Assembly (NCBI GenBank): GCA_045542015.1
Contig: JAZQKF010000079.1
Span: forward strand, 1,635-65,634
Reading direction: 5' to 3'
Length of the DNA stretch: 64,000 nucleotides
DNA from: Acutalibacteraceae bacterium
GTDB taxonomy: Bacteria > Bacillota > Clostridia > Oscillospirales > Acutalibacteraceae
The notes under the pieces were generated by a model. The model worked only from the letters and a program-made list of their open reading frames with translations. It did no database searches and was not told the DNA's origin. The position numbers were made by a program, and so were the translations under genes. Below, piece after piece: positions 55,899-61,204 of the stretch; position 1 is the stretch's first letter, and the number at the start of each line of letters is the position of its first letter.

Positions 55899-56546
55899 TT
55901 ATTCAGCCTCATTCTCAAAGTAATTCAGCAGCTGATCCTTGATCTGGGTCATACCCACGTCCGAGGGGTGACCCCACTCCTTGTCGATGTCCGACAAGGT
56001 GATGACCTTAACACCGTTGCGGGTGGCGGCCTCGATCAGGCCCTCGTGGATACAGGGCCTCAGCTCGGTATTGATGATGGCGTAAACGTTTACATCCGGC
56101 AAAATTTCCGCCACGCGGCAAAACAGACGGCCGATGGCGGGCAGGGCGCAGTACATATCCTCTTTCGTCCAGCCCTCAAATTTCAGCTCGCCCTCTGGTG
56201 CGCCGCACCAGTCGTCGTTGGTGCCGCCGAAGATCAGCAAGGTGTCGATGCCGTCCAGAATACCCTCCTCGTACATCTTATCCAAGCGGGTATTAAAGCA
56301 CAGGTGAGTGTAGTCCTCTCCCTCATAGCCGGTGTAGCAGACGGTGGATCCGGACCAGCTGTTGTTCAGCACCAGTTCGGAATCGGTGGCGGCCATCAGC
56401 TGATGCCACCAGGTCTGCTCCACGCGGATCACGCGGGAGTTGTGCTCGTCCTTGGGCGAATAATAGACCACGTGCCCCTCGGGAATATACCCCTCAAAGG
56501 TGGAATAGCTGTCGCCCAAAATAACGGTTTTACCCAGTTTAACCAT
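55899..56546 (-). CDS. SGNH/GDSL hydrolase family protein (cytoplasmic)
   Basis: Blocks ILGDSYS, NNSWSGST, FGGTNDD and WGHPS. No signal peptide. ATG at 56546 after GGAGG. Confidence 0.8.
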   Translation of the reverse strand: MVKLGKTVILGDSYSTFEGYIPEGHVVYYSPKDEHNSRVIRVEQTWWHQLMAATDSELVLNNSWSGSTVCYTGYEGEDYTHLCFNTRLDKMYEEGILDGIDTLLIFGGTNDDWCGAPEGELKFEGWTKEDMYCALPAIGRLFCRVAEILPDVNVYAIINTELRPCIHEGLIEAATRNGVKVITLSDIDKEWGHPSDVGMTQIKDQLLNYFENEAE

Positions 56547-56840
56547 AGCGTCTACCTCCAAATTCAAACTTTGTTATAGCACCACTTTTCCGTCAACCGT
56601 GCGGGTTTTCGTGCTGTAAAGCTGTTTTGCTTTACAGTCATTTTTCGACCGTTGGATAACGGATTTCTCCTCTTGCCGTATAGCATAGCAAATAATGTCG
56701 ATAATTTCAACCATTATTTGCAAAAAACGGCAGAATTTTATCGTTTGCGAAATAACAATTTATTGACTCTATTGTGCATTCATACGAAATTTCGCAGGTG
56801 GATTTGTGGAAAATTTTCGCAGAAATCCTATCAATATGGT

Positions 56841-56869
56841 TTGACAATTTTTTCTTGTTATTATATAAT
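56841..56869 (+). promoter_or_regulatory. consensus sigma-A promoter for the P1 / protein E unit
   Basis: TTGACA (56841-56846), 17 nt spacer, TATAAT (56864-56869), in a ~430-bp AT-rich spacer. Confidence 0.65.
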
Positions 56870-57000
56870 GGACGAGTACTCAAGTTGCGGGATTGGGCTA
56901 GCTATACCCATTTCGCTTTGTTATCAGCCGTGATTTCACAGCTTGAGATGCTCAGGCTTTGGAATATCCAAGGTACTTTTCGGGAAAGGAGGAACCCACT

Positions 57001-57114
57001 ATGAAAAAGTATGTGACCCCTGAGATGAAGGCTCTGGCCTTTGTCGCCGAGGAGGCTGTTGCCGCTCCCCTGGAGGGCTCCAAGACCTTCAACGACGGTG
57101 AGCTGGAGTGGTAA
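57001..57114 (+). CDS. unannotated 37-aa peptide P1 (MKKYVTPEMKALAFVAEEAVAAPLEGSKTFNDGELEW)
   Basis: ATG 7 nt after GAAAGGAGGAA. Paralog at 60873 shares the N-terminal MKxYxxPEMKxxxFxxEE and the C-terminal NDxExxxW. Below the 60-aa ORF-track cutoff. Confidence 0.6.
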   Translation: MKKYVTPEMKALAFVAEEAVAAPLEGSKTFNDGELEW

Positions 57115-57210
57115 TGCGGATGGCATAACCTCTTCCCCACCAACCCCCGGGCGGATGCCCACAAATCATTCGGGCAACTGCCCAAAAATCTATTAGGAGG
57201 AAATTTGCAA

Positions 57211-60200
57211 ATGAACATGCGTAAAATCATTGCCGTGCTGTCTGCTGTTCTGATGCTGTGCGCCATCATCCCGATGGGTGCTGTATCTGTTTACGCTGCT
57301 GAAGAAGTCGCTTATCTCGCCGATTTCGAGAATGGCAGCATCGGCGGCTGGAAAAACGATTCCGGCAATTTGTCCGTCGTTTCTACCAGCGAACTGCCCA
57401 CGGCTAACGCCGCTTGTGGCAGCTACGTTTTGAAGAAGGTTCAGCCCGTCGGCGAATACTCTTTCAACGAGGATCGTTCCGGCTTTGCCGTTGAACCCAA
57501 CACTGATTACACCGTGAGTGTGGACGTTCTGACCACCTCCAACAACTGGCCCATCCAGGCTTTCGTTTCCACCGGTACCTGGATTACCGGTCAGCTGGGC
57601 TCCGTCACTGTTAAGTGCACGAGCAATCAGTGGACCACCCTGACTTTCAACTTTAACAGCGGTGAGAACACCAAGCTGTATTGTTCTGTGAAGTCTCAGT
57701 GGGAAAACACTACTCTGTACATTGATAATTTCAAGGTCGCTAAGCTGGATCCCTATCGTGAGCTGGTCAAGAATGGCGGCTTCGAGGACGGCACCACCTC
57801 CGGTTGGAGCATCCACGAGACCGTTACCGTTGAGGCTGGCGCTGCCCACGATGGCAACTACGGCGCCCATCTGAAGGATCGTGGCACCTGGGGCGGTATC
57901 ATGAACCAGACCTTTGCCGTTGAGGCCGGCAAGACCTATGAGATCTCCTTCTGGATCAAGGTCAACCAGTTCGGTATCAACCTGCAGATCAAGGACGATA
58001 ATGGCTCTCTGGCTACCGGTACTTGGTATGACTACAACAGCCATTCCGAGTGGACTCTGAAGACCTACACCGTCGTCCCCACCACCAACAACCTGATCCT
58101 GAACTTCTGCGGTGGCGGTGGCGAGACCCCCGACGCTACCAAGGAAACCGACACCTACATCGATAGCCTGTCCATCAAGCGCGTTAAGGAGCCCTCTTTC
58201 GACGGCTACATTTACAACGGTGACTTCGAGACCGGTAAGCTGGGCTTCGGCACCGGCCAGGTTTCCACCACGGGCGCTTGGTACAACCTGTGGGGCAGCA
58301 CTGCTCACGAGCTGGTTGCCGGCTACAACGGCGACTACGCTCTGAAGGGTACCGCTTCCGGCAACTACAACATCACCTATCAGAACGTTGCGGTTGAGCC
58401 CAACACTGATTACATCATCGCTTACTACAGCAAGGATTCTTCTAACTCCGCTCTATGGGTTAAGAATGCCGGCGGTAACGGTGACATCGGTAGCCAGAGC
58501 TTCAACAGCGGCTCCGAGTGGGCTATGCAGGCCTATACCTTCAACTCCGGCTCCAACAGCACTGTCTGGGTCGGTCTGATGGGTATCTCCGCCGGCGGCA
58601 CCTACACCGTGGATGACATCAAGATGGTCAAGGCTGTTGCCCCCTCCAACGACGGTTACATTTACAACGGTAACTTCGAGTCCGGTAAGAAGGAGAGCTT
58701 CGAGCTGAGCCAGCAGACCGTCGTTTCTATGGATGCTGCTAAGGACGGCAACTATGGTGCTGAGCTGAAGGGCAATGGCGGCTGGGGCGGCATGCTGGGC
58801 TACACCTTCGCCGTTGAGGCCGGCGCTACCTATGAGCTGTCCTTCGAGGCCAAGGCTGTGAGCAACGGTGCTAACGTCGCCGTGCTGGCTGACACCTGGC
58901 AGGGTGCCAAGCTGAAGACCGGTTGGATCGGCGGCAGCGAGTGGAAGACCTACACTCTTGAGTTTGTTGCTACCACCAACCAGTGCTATCTGAACATCAA
59001 CGGCGCCGGCAACGGCACTGCCGAGCATATCTATGTGGATAATGTCGGCGTTGTGAAGACCAAGGACGCTCACGTCTGCGAGTTTGTGGGCGAGGTCACC
59101 GAGGAGCCCACCTGCGAGCTGACCGGTACCATGACCTACACCTGCTCCGGCTGTGGCGATAGCTACACCGAGGAGATCCCCGCCTATCACAACGGCAACC
59201 TGACCTACGTGGCCGCTGTCGAGCCCATCGATTGCGCCACCCCCGGTCACATCGAGTACTACACCTGCCCCTGCTGTAACGAGTACTTCACCGATGCCAA
59301 CGCCAGCGAGTACATCAACCCCTGGTTCATCAACATCACCGTGGACTGCGTGCGTCCCGAGGGCGTGGCTGACTGCGCCGACTGGATCTGCGGCGTCTGC
59401 GGCAACGAGAACTACGGCAACGGCGAACACGACACCGGCGTTCCTGCCTGCCAGGACGGTCACTGCTCCAAGTGCGATCAGGACGTCGCCGGCTACGGTC
59501 ACCAGAACTACGACGGCCCTGCCTGCCTGCCCGGCAACTGCTATTACTGCGGCGAGGCCATGGAGCCTGTTGCTCACGAGAACGGCGCCTGGGCTCCCTG
59601 CCTGGAGGGCGAGTGTGCCTATGGCTGCGGTCTGACCTATCCCGCCACCGCTGATCACGTGGACGAGGATGCCGACGACTACTGCGACGTCTGCTATAAC
59701 CACCTGAATCACGACGTGGATCCCTGCGTCGGCGGCGAGTGCTCCATCTGCTGGACCTACATTGAGGGTGCTCACACCTACGACAACGATTTCGACACCG
59801 ACTGCAACGTCTGCGGCGAGATCCGCGACGTGGAGCTGCCCATCGCCAAGGTTGGCGTCTCCGCTTCTGAGGATGTCCGCGGCGTGGCTGCTAAGTTCGT
59901 TCTGACTGTGGATGGCATGGGCATCGACGAGACCACCGCTATCTACGACAACGCCACCGTGAACGGCTACAAGCTGATCGGTATGGGCGCTAAGGCTACT
60001 AACGGCGTGAGCACCGTAGACATTCCCTGCGTATATCTGTGCGACGACGATGTGAGCACTTCTGCTCAGTACGCCATCCGCATTAAGAACATCCCCGTGG
60101 GCAAGGAGGACGTGGAGATCACCTTCACTCCCTACTTCACCATCGAGATCGACGACGAGCCGGTCACCATCTACGGTGAGGAAGTTGTCGCTTCCTACAA

Positions 60201-60216
60201 CTCCGTGATAGGCTAA
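57211..60216 (+). CDS. ~1001-aa secreted protein E: 4-5 CBM-like modules + Cys-rich CX4CX2C..H array + truncated domain X
   Basis: ATG at 57211 (MNMRKIIAVLSAVLMLCAI...) 10 nt after AGGAGG. NGGFEDGTTSGW / NGDFETG / NGNFESG module starts. 28 Cys (my count) in about 255 aa (about 59068-59835). Domain X about 59835-60213. Confidence 0.85.
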   Translation: MNMRKIIAVLSAVLMLCAIIPMGAVSVYAAEEVAYLADFENGSIGGWKNDSGNLSVVSTSELPTANAACGSYVLKKVQPVGEYSFNEDRSGFAVEPNTDYTVSVDVLTTSNNWPIQAFVSTGTWITGQLGSVTVKCTSNQWTTLTFNFNSGENTKLYCSVKSQWENTTLYIDNFKVAKLDPYRELVKNGGFEDGTTSGWSIHETVTVEAGAAHDGNYGAHLKDRGTWGGIMNQTFAVEAGKTYEISFWIKVNQFGINLQIKDDNGSLATGTWYDYNSHSEWTLKTYTVVPTTNNLILNFCGGGGETPDATKETDTYIDSLSIKRVKEPSFDGYIYNGDFETGKLGFGTGQVSTTGAWYNLWGSTAHELVAGYNGDYALKGTASGNYNITYQNVAVEPNTDYIIAYYSKDSSNSALWVKNAGGNGDIGSQSFNSGSEWAMQAYTFNSGSNSTVWVGLMGISAGGTYTVDDIKMVKAVAPSNDGYIYNGNFESGKKESFELSQQTVVSMDAAKDGNYGAELKGNGGWGGMLGYTFAVEAGATYELSFEAKAVSNGANVAVLADTWQGAKLKTGWIGGSEWKTYTLEFVATTNQCYLNINGAGNGTAEHIYVDNVGVVKTKDAHVCEFVGEVTEEPTCELTGTMTYTCSGCGDSYTEEIPAYHNGNLTYVAAVEPIDCATPGHIEYYTCPCCNEYFTDANASEYINPWFINITVDCVRPEGVADCADWICGVCGNENYGNGEHDTGVPACQDGHCSKCDQDVAGYGHQNYDGPACLPGNCYYCGEAMEPVAHENGAWAPCLEGECAYGCGLTYPATADHVDEDADDYCDVCYNHLNHDVDPCVGGECSICWTYIEGAHTYDNDFDTDCNVCGEIRDVELPIAKVGVSASEDVRGVAAKFVLTVDGMGIDETTAIYDNATVNGYKLIGMGAKATNGVSTVDIPCVYLCDDDVSTSAQYAIRIKNIPVGKEDVEITFTPYFTIEIDDEPVTIYGEEVVASYNSVIG

Positions 60217-60248
60217 GCCCATCTCGCTGTAACAGCTGAATAGCTAAC

Positions 60249-60287
60249 AAAACCCCCACCGACTATTCGGTGGGGGTTTTCCTTTTG
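60249..60287 (+). terminator. intrinsic terminator after protein E
   Basis: Hairpin AACCCCCACCG-ACTATT-CGGTGGGGGTT followed by TTCCTTTTG. Confidence 0.75.
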
Positions 60288-60597
60288 TTCAAACCCGACG
60301 CGGAATAGGATCCGTAGGGGACGGGTTTCCCGTCCCGCATAGACGCCCTCTATCGCCGCATAGCCCCCTGCCTCCCTTGTAAAGGTCGATTTCCCCCGAT
60401 AGCGGGGGAGAAATGTTAGGGGTGGCTCGTAGTTAGCAATTGTCCTAAGTTTGTGGCCACCCCTTGAGAATGTCGCTATGCTCCATTCTCCCAAAAAAGC
60501 AAAACGAATTGGGCCGACAAAAGGGGGGCCGTCTCGCGGCGAGCGGAGGGGGACCGCCGTTAGGCGGTGGAGGGATTGTCATTAGTTGTGAGTTTAG

Positions 60598-60645
60598 AGT
60601 TATGAGATTGCCTGCGGCAATCGTTATGAGAACCCCTGCGGGGTT
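60598..60645. repeat. two tandem 24-bp units, each GTTATGAGA + a hairpin with a CTGCGG core
   Basis: GTTATGAGATTGCCTGCGGCAATC / GTTATGAGAACCCCTGCGGGGTTT, inside a hairpin-dense non-coding stretch (60290-60700). Confidence 0.6.
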
Positions 60646-60761
60646 TGTTTTAATCCCCCCCCTTCCCTATTTCTCCGACGCATTGGTACATCGCTGTGAA
60701 AATGTCAAAAATCTCAATGGAATTTTGTGTAATATTTGTTTGTTTTATTACCAATATATCC

Positions 60762-60790
60762 TTGACACCTGTGCGCGTGTATATTATAAT
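60762..60790 (+). promoter_or_regulatory. consensus sigma-A promoter for the P2 / protein F unit
   Basis: TTGACA (60762-60767), 17 nt spacer, TATAAT (60785-60790). Confidence 0.65.
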
Positions 60791-60872
60791 GACATTGGTT
60801 TATTATGCCACAGTATCGCAAGATACTGAAAACTATGTCTCAGCAAATACTTTGTGAAAGGAGGAAATCGCA

Positions 60873-61010
60873 ATGAAAAACTATTTCGCCCCTGAGATGA
60901 AGGTCGTATCCTTCCTGCCCGAGGAGAACATGGCTGCCGCTGCCAAATCCGGCGAAGGCACTACCGGCGGCTCCAATCTCTACAACGACGCCGAGTTCGG
61001 CAGCTGGTAA
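60873..61010 (+). CDS. unannotated 45-aa peptide P2 (MKNYFAPEMKVVSFLPEENMAAAAKSGEGTTGGSNLYNDAEFGSW)
   Basis: ATG 7 nt after GAAAGGAGGAA. Paralog of P1. Below the ORF-track cutoff. Confidence 0.6.
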   Translation: MKNYFAPEMKVVSFLPEENMAAAAKSGEGTTGGSNLYNDAEFGSW

Positions 61011-61204
61011 TCAAGCGATTTGGTTACCGAGTAGTTGTGAGCTCCTTGCCGCCTCCTATGAAAGAGGGTCACCCCCTTTTATCCGAAACGGTTCTTACGG
61101 ATCCGCGAATTTTCCGAGTCCGTATTACCGACTCCCGAAACGGTGAACGATCTCACAACTGCGGAAACACAGCAAAGACTCAAAATTTAGGAGGAAAAAA
61201 GCCA

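Noticed and set aside
56567-57000. Strand-switch, AT-rich hub as a replication origin.
   Set aside because: There is no dnaA or dnaN nearby. I found only isolated weak DnaA-box-like strings (for example TTATCCAAC, and TTATCCAC at about 49428) rather than a cluster.
56902-57269. Track ORFs 56902-57162 (-) and 56952-57269 (-), antisense to the P1 region.
   Set aside because: They have no SD, implausible composition and no paralog. The plus-strand 37-codon ORF has a strong SD, its own promoter and a paralog at 60873.
60598-60645. Tandem 24-bp hairpin units as a CRISPR array.
   Set aside because: There are only two adjacent units with no spacers and no cas genes.
57001-61010. Reading P1/P2 as RNPP (Phr/PapR/NprX) or Rgg/SHP-type quorum-sensing pro-peptides, because they are 37-45 aa with a distinctive C-terminus.
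   Set aside because: They have no N-terminal secretion signal. No TPR/RNPP or Rgg receptor gene lies next to either copy. I kept this only as a minor alternative inside the findings.
57001-61010. Reading P1/P2 as RiPP precursors with a local maturation cluster.
   Set aside because: No radical-SAM, YcaO, LanM/LanB, peptidase-ABC exporter or similar gene is present in the window. A distal maturase cannot be excluded, so the RiPP idea stays as a hypothesis, not a call.
61037-61204. N-terminal 56-aa extension of protein F given in the ORF track (start 61037).
   Set aside because: A canonical AGGAGG + ATG at 61205 begins a textbook signal peptide (MKMRKIVAIVAAALMLF). The extension is only an open frame across the P2-F spacer.
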